Under the pieces are notes generated by a model, which saw only the letters and a list, made by a program, of their open reading frames with translations, had not been told where the DNA came from and did not search any database. Positions 47,157 to 56,152 of a stretch of DNA of 64,000 bases are shown here, piece by piece. Source of the stretch: Candidatus Limnocylindrus sp. (GTDB taxonomy: Bacteria; Chloroflexota; Limnocylindria; Limnocylindrales; Limnocylindraceae); the NCBI GenBank assembly GCA_040397175.1, contig JBBAWM010000003.1, forward strand, positions 83,599-147,598. Direction: 5' to 3'. The translations under genes and the position numbers were made by a program. Every line of letters starts with the position of its first letter. Within the stretch, counting starts at the first letter, position 1.

Positions 47157-47870
47157 ATGCGCATTGTTCCGTCTATCGATCTTGAGAAGGGTCGCTCTCG
47201 CGTTGTCTTTTGGCCTGGCGCCGCTACGGGTGTTGGCGCACCAACAGATCAGCCAGCGCGCATTGCGCGTCACTTCGTTGATCGCGGTGCAACGCTGATT
47301 CATCTTGTGGACTTTGATGGTGCTCGTGCAGCGGCGCCAATCAACATTGAATCAATTGGCGCAGTTGCTAGCCTCGTCGCAACTCCACTACAGGTTGCTG
47401 GCGGGCTAGAGTCGCCTGAGGCTATTCGTATTGCGTTTGCAGCGGGAGCAACGCGGGCAGTGATCTCTCTCGCGCTGATTGATGAGCCGGAGCGTCTCGC
47501 CGCATGTATCGCTGCCGCGGGTGATTGGCTCGCTGTTGGTTTTGATCCACGGCCGGATCGGATCGCGTCGTTCAACTGGAAGCGCTCGGCGACCCCAACA
47601 GCGGAGAGCCTCATCGATGAGCTCGCTGCGGCAGGGGTGACACGCATCGTGCTGAGCCACGGTGGTAACGCGAGCGAGAGCGCGGCGTTCGCTAATCTTG
47701 CGGCACGTCAGCCAGGGATGGAGCTGAGCGTTGCGGGTGGGGTGAGCGACCTTGATGGCGTGCGCCGACTCCGCGATGCTGGGGTTGCCAGCCTCATCTT
47801 GGGCGAGGCGCTCCTCTCGGGCGCGATCGATTTTGAGGAAGCCTCAAGAATCTCTGACCCTGCGCTGTAG
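47157..47870 (+). CDS. HisA/HisF-family (beta/alpha)8 barrel protein (ProFAR isomerase-like)
   Basis: MRIVPSIDLEKGR start; phosphate-binding GG motifs at both barrel halves. No other his genes nearby, so exact activity is uncertain. Confidence 0.65.
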   Translation: MRIVPSIDLEKGRSRVVFWPGAATGVGAPTDQPARIARHFVDRGATLIHLVDFDGARAAAPINIESIGAVASLVATPLQVAGGLESPEAIRIAFAAGATRAVISLALIDEPERLAACIAAAGDWLAVGFDPRPDRIASFNWKRSATPTAESLIDELAAAGVTRIVLSHGGNASESAAFANLAARQPGMELSVAGGVSDLDGVRRLRDAGVASLILGEALLSGAIDFEEASRISDPAL

Positions 47871-47907
47871 CGCGCACATGCTGCGCACCTCGCTTAGACT
47901 CCCCCGC

Positions 47908-48879
47908 ATGGCAACAGCAAAGCGCATCAACGAACCGCTCGCGCTGAGCCCCCTCGCGGGGCTCGGTGCCGTCATCCTCACGGGCGTCCTCTGGGGCACG
48001 ATCGGCGTTGTCACTGGCCAGCTCAAGGCGGCCTTCCCTGGCGCTGATGGGGGTCCGAGCACGCTTAGCTCCCTCGTGCTTGTTGTCGTACGCCTTGCGA
48101 TCACCGCCCCAGCCGCCGCCATCACCGCGCGCCTCTTGCTCGGCCGCGGCGCCTTCCGCCTCCCTAGTCGAATGCTTGCACTCGGGTTAGGGCTCGGACT
48201 CGTCCAAGCGTTCTTCCAGTACGCCTACGTAGAGGCGGTAACGAACGCTGGCGTTGGCATTGCCACGGCGATTGAACTCTGCCTTGCACCGGTACTAGTC
48301 GCCGCGCTGAGCATCGTCCTACTCCGCGAGCGGCCCGATCGCATGATCATCGGTGCAATCGTTTTTGCCGCGATCGGCACCATTGTGATTGCTGCAAATG
48401 GCGCGGTCCCCGGGAAAGAAGCCACATTCCAGGTAGGCATCATCTGGTCGCTCGCCTGCATGGTCGGCTATGCCTCATACATCGTGCTCGTGCGTCAACT
48501 CGCTGCAGGCATTCATCCGCTGGAACTTGTCGCACTCGCTGCCACTGGTGGCTTCGCCGTGCTCGCAGCGGTGTCAACTGTTGTTGGAGTAAAGCTTCCT
48601 GATCTCGCCGACAAGGATCTCCTCATTCCAGGTCTGCAGTTTGCCTACCTCGCACTCATTGCAACGTGTCTCGCCTACGCGCTCTTCGTTTCAGGGGTGC
48701 GCGCAACAAGTGCCACTACCGGCTCACTTGGCGCACTCGCCATGCCGCCAACAGCAACAATCCTCGCTGCGGTATTGCTTGCGCAGATTCCTACGATTGA
48801 GACCGTCATTGGGCAGATCCTTTTGATGTCCGCGATGGCAGTCACCATTCTGCGAACCGCTCGCCGCTCCAATTCCTGA
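47908..48879 (+). CDS. EamA/DMT-superfamily transporter
   Basis: 10 TM helices arranged as two EamA-like repeats. Start at Met53 of the track ORF. Confidence 0.7.
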   Translation: MATAKRINEPLALSPLAGLGAVILTGVLWGTIGVVTGQLKAAFPGADGGPSTLSSLVLVVVRLAITAPAAAITARLLLGRGAFRLPSRMLALGLGLGLVQAFFQYAYVEAVTNAGVGIATAIELCLAPVLVAALSIVLLRERPDRMIIGAIVFAAIGTIVIAANGAVPGKEATFQVGIIWSLACMVGYASYIVLVRQLAAGIHPLELVALAATGGFAVLAAVSTVVGVKLPDLADKDLLIPGLQFAYLALIATCLAYALFVSGVRATSATTGSLGALAMPPTATILAAVLLAQIPTIETVIGQILLMSAMAVTILRTARRSNS

Positions 48880-48883
48880 CGAC

Positions 48884-49516
48884 ATGCGCGCAACCGCTGT
48901 ATCGCTTGCACTTACCGCAATGCTCACGCTCAGCGCGTGTGGTGCCGACACATCACCAAGCCCATCATTAAACGCAACCGGCTGTCCGACCTCTCAGCCT
49001 GCAACGCTCAGCGCCGAAGCATCAAACGATATTGCGTTTGAAACATCTCTTGGCACATTTGTGGTGCGGCTTGCAGTGAAGAGCTCGCCAATCGCCGTGA
49101 GTAACCTAACCGCACTGGCGAGCTGCCACTTCTACGACAACGTGATTTTCCATCGCATCGCCTACATGGAGAACGGCACGCCATTCGTGATTCAAGGTGG
49201 CGACCCAACGGGCACCGGTTCTGGTGGCCCTGGATATTTTATCAACGACGAGCCGGTAACTGGCACCTATCGTCGTGGCGTGATCGCGATGGCGCGTTCA
49301 GCCCAGCCAAATTCACAGGGGAGCCAGTTCTTTATCGTGCTTGATGATGCTGCAGCGGTGCCGCTAGAGAACGCTCGGACCTACGCAATCATGGGTGAGG
49401 TGATCTCTGGCATGGATGTTGTTGACGCTATCGCAGCGCTGGAGCGCAATGGAGAAGATCGCCCGATTGATCCCCCGGTGATCATCTCGACGACCGTCAC
49501 CCCCACCGCGCCATAG
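48884..49516 (+). CDS. Cyclophilin-type peptidyl-prolyl cis-trans isomerase, lipoprotein
   Basis: Signal peptide with LSAC lipobox, then cyclophilin core (FHRI…VIQGGDPTGTG…QFFI). Confidence 0.85.
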   Translation: MRATAVSLALTAMLTLSACGADTSPSPSLNATGCPTSQPATLSAEASNDIAFETSLGTFVVRLAVKSSPIAVSNLTALASCHFYDNVIFHRIAYMENGTPFVIQGGDPTGTGSGGPGYFINDEPVTGTYRRGVIAMARSAQPNSQGSQFFIVLDDAAAVPLENARTYAIMGEVISGMDVVDAIAALERNGEDRPIDPPVIISTTVTPTAP

Positions 49517-49607
49517 CGCGGCCGCGCAACTCATCGTTCGCAGGTAAACTCTGCACATCGTCGGCACCAGCCGACCACGCGGCCTCGTGCCGCAGAGGAG
49601 AGATGAA

Positions 49608-50060
49608 ATGGCAACCGCCAAGATTGAGACGACTGTTGGTGTCATCGAGATTGAGCTTCTCGACGATGCGGCACCGAAGACGGTTGAAAACTTCGTGACC
49701 CTGGCGAAGAAGGGTTTCTACGACGGGGTGATCTTCCACCGCGTTGTTCCCGGCTTCGTGATCCAGGGCGGCGACCCAGATGGCACGGGAATGGGTGGGC
49801 CAGGCTACAAGTTCGACGATGAGCCGGTGACCATGGGCTACGCCCGCGGCACGGTGGCGATGGCCAATTCGGGGCCAAACACGAACGGGAGCCAGTTCTT
49901 CATCTGCCTCGACGACCTGGCCAGCCTACCGCCGAAGTACACGATCTTCGGCATGGTCACCTCGGGGCTCGCCACGGTCGACGCGATCGCCAAGGGGGCC
50001 ACGGGCCCAGGCGACCGCCCACTGGAGCCAGTCAAGATGACCACGGTGACGATCGCCTGA
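49608..50060 (+). CDS. ppiB: Cyclophilin-type peptidyl-prolyl cis-trans isomerase, cytoplasmic
   Basis: FHRVVPGFVIQGGDPDGTGMGGPGY…GSQFFI core. Strong GAGGAGAG Shine-Dalgarno 5 nt before the ATG at 49608; track GTG 49587 is upstream. Confidence 0.88.
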   Translation: MATAKIETTVGVIEIELLDDAAPKTVENFVTLAKKGFYDGVIFHRVVPGFVIQGGDPDGTGMGGPGYKFDDEPVTMGYARGTVAMANSGPNTNGSQFFICLDDLASLPPKYTIFGMVTSGLATVDAIAKGATGPGDRPLEPVKMTTVTIA

Positions 50061-50250
50061 CCCTCGCTCTCGGCACAAGGTGTGCCAGGGGGGTTGGAAT
50101 CCGACCCTCCAGGGGGTATTCTCTCCTCAGCTGTTCTTGTTCAAAGACCATGGGTAGGTGGGTTAGGGTAGTCGCTATAGGCGACGTGATAGATGCTCTT
50201 TGAGCGTTGCGGGCGGGGCTGACTTGTTCGTCCCACAAGCGGATCGGCTT

Positions 50251-50290
50251 GAGGCGACTCCTGTCAAAGGGGGTCGCCTCATTTATTTTC
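50251..50290 (+). terminator. Rho-independent terminator
   Basis: Perfect 8-bp stem GAGGCGAC/GTCGCCTC with a 14-nt loop, immediately followed by ATTTATTTTC. Confidence 0.6.
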
Positions 50291-50335
50291 CCCTGGATTT
50301 ACTCGGCGCGGCCCCTGATAGACTCGCCACCCCTC

Positions 50336-50412
50336 GCGCTCGTAGCTCAGTGGATTAGAGCGTCTCCCTCCGAAGGAGAAGGTCGCAGGTTCGAATCCTG
50401 TCGGGCGCACCA
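50336..50412 (+). tRNA. tRNA-Arg (anticodon CCG)
   Basis: GCGCTCG acceptor, TAGCTCAGTGGATTAGAGC D-arm, anticodon stem-loop TCTCC-CTCCGAA-GGAGA, T-loop GGTTCGAATCC, CCA encoded. Confidence 0.85.
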
Positions 50413-50432
50413 CACCCAGTAGACTCCTCCCC

Positions 50433-50876
50433 ATGGCTGACCAAGACTTCGTCCCGGTTCCGCTACTGCGACGGCCGCTCTTGCTGGTGGCCGCTGCCGT
50501 CAACCTTGGCGCTGTGGTTGTCGGACTCAGTGGCTCTGATGAGCGCCTCTTCTACATTCCAGCGGCACTGGGGCTCCTCTGGTTGATCGCCTACCGCGCA
50601 CAGCCACGCGAGGGTGTGCGCCGACTGCGTCGCGCTCCGCAAGGATCGATCACCGTGCGACGGCCAGACCGGCCAGCACCACGGCAGCGCACCGAGATGC
50701 CGCCAACGCCATCTGGCTTCGCACCATCGGCCGCCGTTGCTGCAGCGCGCGAGCGCGGTGGTGAGCGAAAACCGATTCGACCGGTAGAGATTGGACTTCC
50801 GAGCAAGGGTACCGAGCCCGAAAAGAAGCGCCGACGAGGACGTAAGGGTGGCGACGGACCGAACCTCGGCCTTTAA
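50433..50876 (+). CDS. Small membrane protein with basic C-terminal tail (hypothetical)
   Basis: Two TM helices then a KKRRRGRKGG tail. Confidence 0.45.
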   Translation: MADQDFVPVPLLRRPLLLVAAAVNLGAVVVGLSGSDERLFYIPAALGLLWLIAYRAQPREGVRRLRRAPQGSITVRRPDRPAPRQRTEMPPTPSGFAPSAAVAAARERGGERKPIRPVEIGLPSKGTEPEKKRRRGRKGGDGPNLGL

Positions 50877-51578
50877 CTACGGCGCAATCTTCACCGTTAC
50901 GAGTGGTGGCCTGTCTAGCGCGAAGCACCGGGCATCCAACCACCCATCGCGAATTGCCTGGCGCTCTTCGGCATCAACGCTCAACTTCCACCGAATCTTC
51001 ACTGCAACCCAATCCGTGAGGTAGACGCAATTTGCTGACTCAAGGGGAGGAAGCCAGTTCGTTGGATCATCGTCACTCTTTGCTTGGTTCACATTGTCCG
51101 TCACGGCACGAAGCGTCCACGGAACGCCAAGATCATTCGCGTACGCCTGCCGGCGTGCAGCAGACCAGTTCCATGCGCCGGATCTCCACGCCTCACCGAG
51201 CGCTACGACATGGTCAATGTCGACATCAGAGGCGCGCGTCCAGATTTTGCCGTCGTAGAGGCTGAGCCACTTTCCTGTCGTAACGCTCTTTCCCGTTGAA
51301 GAGAAGTGAACGGCTGTAAGTGACTCTGCAATCAGCACCTTTGCCCGAGTGTTCTTTCCGTCGGTGAACGTGATCCAATGTTTAAAGAGCGTGCGGGCAT
51401 AGCCACCAATGTGCTCCACTGTGATCGGCACGCAGTCGAGTGCGGTGAGGAGACCAAGCTTGGCGTTGTTGCTCTTGCATGCTGTTGCCCCACTCGTTGC
51501 CGCAGCTGTTGGGGTTGGCGCGAAAAGCGTGACGCAGAGAACCAGTGCAAGCAGGGCGGCGGTAATACGAGGATTCAT
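50877..51578 (-). CDS. Secreted DUF1524-type HNH/His-Me finger nuclease (GmrSD C-terminal-domain-like)
   Basis: Signal peptide (MNPRITAALLALVLCVTLFAPTPTAAA); conserved VDIDHVVALGEAWRSGA His-Me motif. Moderately lower GC. Confidence 0.6.
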   Translation of the reverse strand: MNPRITAALLALVLCVTLFAPTPTAAATSGATACKSNNAKLGLLTALDCVPITVEHIGGYARTLFKHWITFTDGKNTRAKVLIAESLTAVHFSSTGKSVTTGKWLSLYDGKIWTRASDVDIDHVVALGEAWRSGAWNWSAARRQAYANDLGVPWTLRAVTDNVNQAKSDDDPTNWLPPLESANCVYLTDWVAVKIRWKLSVDAEERQAIRDGWLDARCFALDRPPLVTVKIAP

Positions 51579-51587
51579 CAGGTTACT

Positions 51588-52379
51588 TTACGCGACGACG
51601 TCAAAGAGTGCGCGTACGAGCGCTGTCCCTCTCTCGTCGTGAATGTCGATACGTGCACCGCTCTCGCTGGCGCGAACGGTGCAGCGCACGTCGGCGTCAG
51701 TAGTGAGACCAAGGTACTCCAGTCGAATACGGCGGCGTGATGCACTGAGCTGCTGTGGTGCGACGGCGCTCAGCGCCTCTTCGGCAATCTCAAGCCACGC
51801 GGCATTGTTTACGTGGCCGAGTGGATCAAAGTCCGCTACGCGAAGTGGAATAGTGACCGTGGTTCCAGTTGAGTCTTCGGTGGGTTCGGCGGGGATCTTC
51901 TCGGGGGTGAAGGTTGCGCCGACCTCCTTGACGAATGGTTCAAATTCGGTGGGGAAGCGGACCGGTCGTCCGCTCTGATCGGTCATGACCCAGTCGATGG
52001 TGGCATCGGCGATCACGCGACCGGCGGTACCGAAGAGCCGGGTTCGGCGGCGCGCCATCACGTGGCGGAAGCCAACGAGGGCGGTGGTGCCCGTCATCGG
52101 CTCGTTGGAGCGGGGCGGTTCGTCGATGAGTAGGTCAACGCTCCGAACGACCCAGCCGACACCGCGCGATTCGTACCAGGCGCGTCCGTACTCCAGCGTT
52201 TCGCTGTGCTGCCAGGCGAGATCTTGAGCGTGGCGGAGCACGGCGGCGGCGCGCATGGTTCCAGCGCGGCTGCACTCATCGAAGCGCACGGAGCGCCCCT
52301 CGTCGCGGTAGCGGGCATGCTCGGGGAGGCGCGCCTCATCGGGGGCAAGACCAGGGGTGAGTCGCTCGTTCATATTCAC
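51588..52379 (-). CDS. Acyl-ACP thioesterase-like hotdog-fold protein
   Basis: Two hotdog halves with the pattern of PF01643. 263 aa. Confidence 0.55.
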   Translation of the reverse strand: MNMNERLTPGLAPDEARLPEHARYRDEGRSVRFDECSRAGTMRAAAVLRHAQDLAWQHSETLEYGRAWYESRGVGWVVRSVDLLIDEPPRSNEPMTGTTALVGFRHVMARRRTRLFGTAGRVIADATIDWVMTDQSGRPVRFPTEFEPFVKEVGATFTPEKIPAEPTEDSTGTTVTIPLRVADFDPLGHVNNAAWLEIAEEALSAVAPQQLSASRRRIRLEYLGLTTDADVRCTVRASESGARIDIHDERGTALVRALFDVVA

Positions 52380-53413
52380 CCGGCCGCCAGCCGTCCAAGG
52401 GTTTCGAGGGTGATGAAGCGCGTCTTCTCGCGTGGAGCTCGCACGATGCCAAGACGTGCGGCAACGATCGCGGCGGTATCGAATGCCACCACACCGATGG
52501 CGATGCGCGCGCTACTACCAGCGGCGCGGATACGGGCATCTTCAAGCTCAGCGAGCAGGCTGGCGTCGATGCCGCGAGCGCCCCACTTGCAGTCCCAGAG
52601 CTCGGGGATCGGGCCAGCTTCGACGGTGACGTCGAACGGGTGTGGGTCCGCAGAGACGCCGTCAATGGCAAAACGCCGCTCACGCCGTACCAGTCGGTCG
52701 GCATCATTTGCGAGCACCGGGCGCCGTCGCAGCATCTCCGCAGTGGTTGCCTCAACAACCGCGCCACGATATTGCGCATTTGACGCCTGCGCCTTGCCGC
52801 CAATTGCTAGGGCGCCCACCACCAGTGGATCGGTGGTGCTGCGATGTGATGGAAGCGCAGCGAAGAGTGCTGCGGCCCCACTCGCCGTTGGCTCAGGATC
52901 ATTCATGATTGCGCGCGCAATCAGGCGCTCGGCAGGTGTGGCGTTCGCAATCGCTATTGCGAGTGGACGCAGGATCGGATCAGCTTGAATACCGGAATAG
53001 ACCACCGCGCGTCCATCGCGTGGCGCGTCACTAAACGAGATCCCCGCAGGAATGCGCGCGGCAACCGTTGCGCCGATACTTTGCGGAACGACATCCTTCG
53101 GCAGACTTGCAGGATTCAGCGTTGCGGCGAGGAGTGTCAGGGCAAGGCGCGGCTGCATCCCGATCCAATCGATTGCGCGGTGTGGATCGTTTGTAGTAAC
53201 GACGCGCTCGACGCTTGCGGCAAGGGATGCCAGTGCGGCCATCGCAGCAGCGGGAAGTGCACGATCACCGATTGCGGTAATCGCTCGATTTAGCTCCTCT
53301 TCGCCAAGTGTTGAGACGACGTTCGTGTGATCAAGCGCGTCTGCAACCTCTTCGCCGAGTGCCACGAGTCGCGCGAGTAGATCTCGCTGATTCGTGAGTG
53401 CGGTGCCGCTCAT
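52376..53413 (-). CDS. Hypothetical protein with C-terminal PD-(D/E)xK-like motif
   Basis: No Walker motifs. C-terminal region FAIDGV…DVTVEAGPIPELWDCKWG resembles the D…(D/E)xK core of restriction-endonuclease-fold nucleases. 4-nt overlap with holB. Confidence 0.45.
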   Translation of the reverse strand: MSGTALTNQRDLLARLVALGEEVADALDHTNVVSTLGEEELNRAITAIGDRALPAAAMAALASLAASVERVVTTNDPHRAIDWIGMQPRLALTLLAATLNPASLPKDVVPQSIGATVAARIPAGISFSDAPRDGRAVVYSGIQADPILRPLAIAIANATPAERLIARAIMNDPEPTASGAAALFAALPSHRSTTDPLVVGALAIGGKAQASNAQYRGAVVEATTAEMLRRRPVLANDADRLVRRERRFAIDGVSADPHPFDVTVEAGPIPELWDCKWGARGIDASLLAELEDARIRAAGSSARIAIGVVAFDTAAIVAARLGIVRAPREKTRFITLETLGRLAAG

Positions 53414-54597
53414 AGCGTTGGCCAGCTCAGCGCAGCCGCATCAAGCAGTAGTTCAGGATTCCCATTGCGGCGAAGTGCATTGAGCGCCTTATCGATGGTG
53501 CGCAGCGCTTCGCCCCACGTTGCTGTTGGGAGCCGGTATGCAACGGCCTCAATCTCTGCGCGATCTTCAGGAAACGCAATCTGCTCGACGGCACCAGCGC
53601 TGACCAGTGCAAGATCCCGCGCTACGCCGCGCCAGAGGCGTAGGAGTGCCGTTGCTGCCGCGCGACGCTCTGCAGGGGTTGGCTTTGCACTGCGCTTCGC
53701 TGGGCTCTTCTTCTTCGGCTCAGTGACGACATCTGACACATCGTCGCTCCCATCGTCACCATCGCCGTCATCGCCTGCGTCACCGTCGTCGGCTCCCGCA
53801 ACGAGGATCGCGCGCGCGTCGGCGACGAGCGCACCCAGCTGGCCGAGGCGTACGTGCGGTGGTGTTGCAGCAAAATCAAGGATCTGCCGCCGAATTTGCG
53901 CGTGCGCACGAGATGCATCGCCAGTCGCCTCGGCGTCGATCAGTGGCCCGGGCCGGCCCGACGACATGCGCAAGAGGCGTACCGCCGTTGGCGCGTCGAC
54001 GCCGAGCCGCTCAGCGAGTAGCTCGCTCGCCTGGTTTGCATTGGGAAGTCCAATGCGAATGACGGCGCAGCGGCTGCGAATGGTTGGCATGAGTCGAGAA
54101 TCTTCAGCGGCCGCCAAGATCACGTGCGTTCGAGTTGGTGGCTCCTCCAGCGTTTTGAGGAGCGCGTTTTGTGCCGCCTCGTTCATGCGATCGGCGCGTT
54201 CGATGAGCGCGATGCGGCGGCCACCTTCTACGGAGAAGAGAGCGAGGCCAGCGGCCAGGGCGCGAATGGGCTCAATGCCGATCTCGTCTGAGGCGCCAGT
54301 TGGCGAAATGAGCACGAGGTCCGTATGGCTCCCTGAGGCGATCAGGCGGCACGAGCGGCAGGCGCCACACGGGCCACTGTCGGCCGGCTCGCCACACATG
54401 AGGGTTGCGACGGCATCGCGCGCGAGCGTGCCCGCTCCCGCACCGCGCGGCCCGACGATGAGCAGGGCGTGCGGTGGTGCCTCGGCGAGCAGTGCGGCAA
54501 GATGCGCCGCAGCGTCATCGTGGCCACGGGTTGCAAAGCGGGCTGGGCGACGCGCAGGGTGAGCGGCGTCAGGCGGCGTTGAGACCGCCCGCGCCAT
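53410..54597 (-). CDS. holB: DNA polymerase III delta-prime subunit
   Basis: AAA+ clamp-loader fold with degenerate P-loop (IVGPRGAGAGT), CxxC zinc module (CGACRSC) and NALLKTLEEPP sensor motif. Start at Met53 to avoid a 150-nt overlap. Confidence 0.82.
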   Translation of the reverse strand: MARAVSTPPDAAHPARRPARFATRGHDDAAAHLAALLAEAPPHALLIVGPRGAGAGTLARDAVATLMCGEPADSGPCGACRSCRLIASGSHTDLVLISPTGASDEIGIEPIRALAAGLALFSVEGGRRIALIERADRMNEAAQNALLKTLEEPPTRTHVILAAAEDSRLMPTIRSRCAVIRIGLPNANQASELLAERLGVDAPTAVRLLRMSSGRPGPLIDAEATGDASRAHAQIRRQILDFAATPPHVRLGQLGALVADARAILVAGADDGDAGDDGDGDDGSDDVSDVVTEPKKKSPAKRSAKPTPAERRAAATALLRLWRGVARDLALVSAGAVEQIAFPEDRAEIEAVAYRLPTATWGEALRTIDKALNALRRNGNPELLLDAAALSWPTL

Positions 54598-54601
54598 CTC
54601 G

Positions 54602-55993
54602 TTAGGCTCCCTTGCTCCCCTTAGCCTTCGGCCGCGTGGTGCTCTTCTTGGCGAGGGCAACCTTTGCGGCGGGCTTGGCGGCACCGCGTGCAGCAGGCTT
54701 TGCTGCGGACTTGGTCGCAGGCTTCGCAGCACTCTTTGGTGCCGGTCGACCACCTCGCGAACGGCCCTTGCCGGTCACTGGTGCCTCTTTGCCGTTGAAT
54801 GCCGCCGACTCGCTTGCCGTTCGGCCGGTCGCCTGCAGTTGGGACTGCAAGAGCGCGGCCACATCTGGTGAGACATCGCTGATGCCATCATCGGCATCGT
54901 TGTAGCTCGCGCTCGAACGAATCGTGTCGTCCTTATGTGAACGAGCGACCTCGTCAGCGATGCGCGATGGGCCAGAGCCGAGCTGCTGGCGCGCAGCCCG
55001 CACTGGTCCGCGACCCTCTGAGCTTCGTCGCTCGGTGGCGAGATATTCAGGAACGCCGCCTGGCGCTCCATCATCTGCGTCATCAAGCGTCATCGTCTCA
55101 ATGCCGTCGAGTGAGTCTCCGCCGACTCCACCGCGACCACGACGTCCACGACCACCGCGACGGCGGCGACGACGTGGGCCGTCCTCACCGAATGCGGCAA
55201 CGCCTTCGTGATTATGTTGTGATGGTTCAGCGCCTGCGGCGAGATCGTCCGGACCGAGATCATCAAGCGTGAGTGTCTCAATTGAATCAGCATCGATCAT
55301 CGTGTCGCCAACGCGAATGGCCGACGAGCGGCGCACCGGTGTGCCAGTGCGTGGTGCCGCGGTACGGCCACCACGTCCGCCACGAACTCGTTCACGCTCT
55401 GGAGCTGCGCCAACGCGACGTGGTCGTGCTGGTGCCTCGGACTGCTTGTCGGGAACCTCGGTCATGGAGAGGTCCTCTTCGCCCTCAGCGGCCACGCGAC
55501 GGCCGCTTCGCGCGCCCGCCTCCACCTTGGCAATTGTCGTGATCTCGATGAATTGGTCGGCAACCTCGACGAGGTCGCTGCTGGTGTTGGCGCGGAAGCT
55601 CACCACCTCAACGCGCACGCCCATGTCTTGCACCGCGCGAATTGCCGGTGCGAAGTCACCGTCGCCCGAAATGACAACTGCGATGTCGAGCTTTGGCGCC
55701 AGGCGCACAAGGTCGACGACGAGTTCAATGTCGAGGTTCGCCTTAAAGCGACCGTCGCCATACTTGCGCACATCCTTGCTGACAACCTTGTAGTTGTTGC
55801 GCGCGAGGAAGTTGTGGAAGGCCTTCTGGTTCTCGTTGTCTGGATCGAGACCGGTGTAGGCGTAGGCGCGAACGAGATCGCGATTCGCCGTAAGGGTCTT
55901 TAGGAGCGTGACGTAATCGATGTCAACGCCTGCAGCCTTTGCTGCGTAGAAGACGTTTGCGACGTCTACGAAAATAGCGACATTACGTGCCAT
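54602..55993 (-). CDS. NYN (LabA-like) domain protein with long disordered Arg/Gly-, acidic- and Lys/Ala/Pro-rich tail
   Basis: N-terminal about 160 aa VAIFVDVANVFYAAK…DIAVVISGDGDFAPAIRAVQDMG is a NYN/LabA fold. The remaining 300 aa are low-complexity (RRRRRGGRGRRGRGG; repeated IETLTLDDLGPDD/IETMTLDDADDG; KSAAKPATKSAAKPAARGAAKPAAK). Confidence 0.7.
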   Translation of the reverse strand: MARNVAIFVDVANVFYAAKAAGVDIDYVTLLKTLTANRDLVRAYAYTGLDPDNENQKAFHNFLARNNYKVVSKDVRKYGDGRFKANLDIELVVDLVRLAPKLDIAVVISGDGDFAPAIRAVQDMGVRVEVVSFRANTSSDLVEVADQFIEITTIAKVEAGARSGRRVAAEGEEDLSMTEVPDKQSEAPARPRRVGAAPERERVRGGRGGRTAAPRTGTPVRRSSAIRVGDTMIDADSIETLTLDDLGPDDLAAGAEPSQHNHEGVAAFGEDGPRRRRRRGGRGRRGRGGVGGDSLDGIETMTLDDADDGAPGGVPEYLATERRSSEGRGPVRAARQQLGSGPSRIADEVARSHKDDTIRSSASYNDADDGISDVSPDVAALLQSQLQATGRTASESAAFNGKEAPVTGKGRSRGGRPAPKSAAKPATKSAAKPAARGAAKPAAKVALAKKSTTRPKAKGSKGA

Positions 55994-56152
55994 TGCTTTG
56001 TACCTCTGGTTTCTTAGTAGATAATGTGGCGTGCGCTGCTACGACGGGGCTGGGCCGGTATCGGCCTCCTGCCCGCGCGTCGGAGCGCACGGCTGCACCT
56101 ACACACCCTAGCAGGTTGGGGGTGGCGCCCCGCTGTTGAGCACGAATCGTGC

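Noticed and set aside
54602-54900. DNA-level repetition (gca gcg ggc ttg gcg gca ccg…) suggestive of tandem repeats
   Set aside because: Reflects the AKP amino-acid repeats of the NYN protein tail; not a CRISPR array or non-coding tandem repeat.
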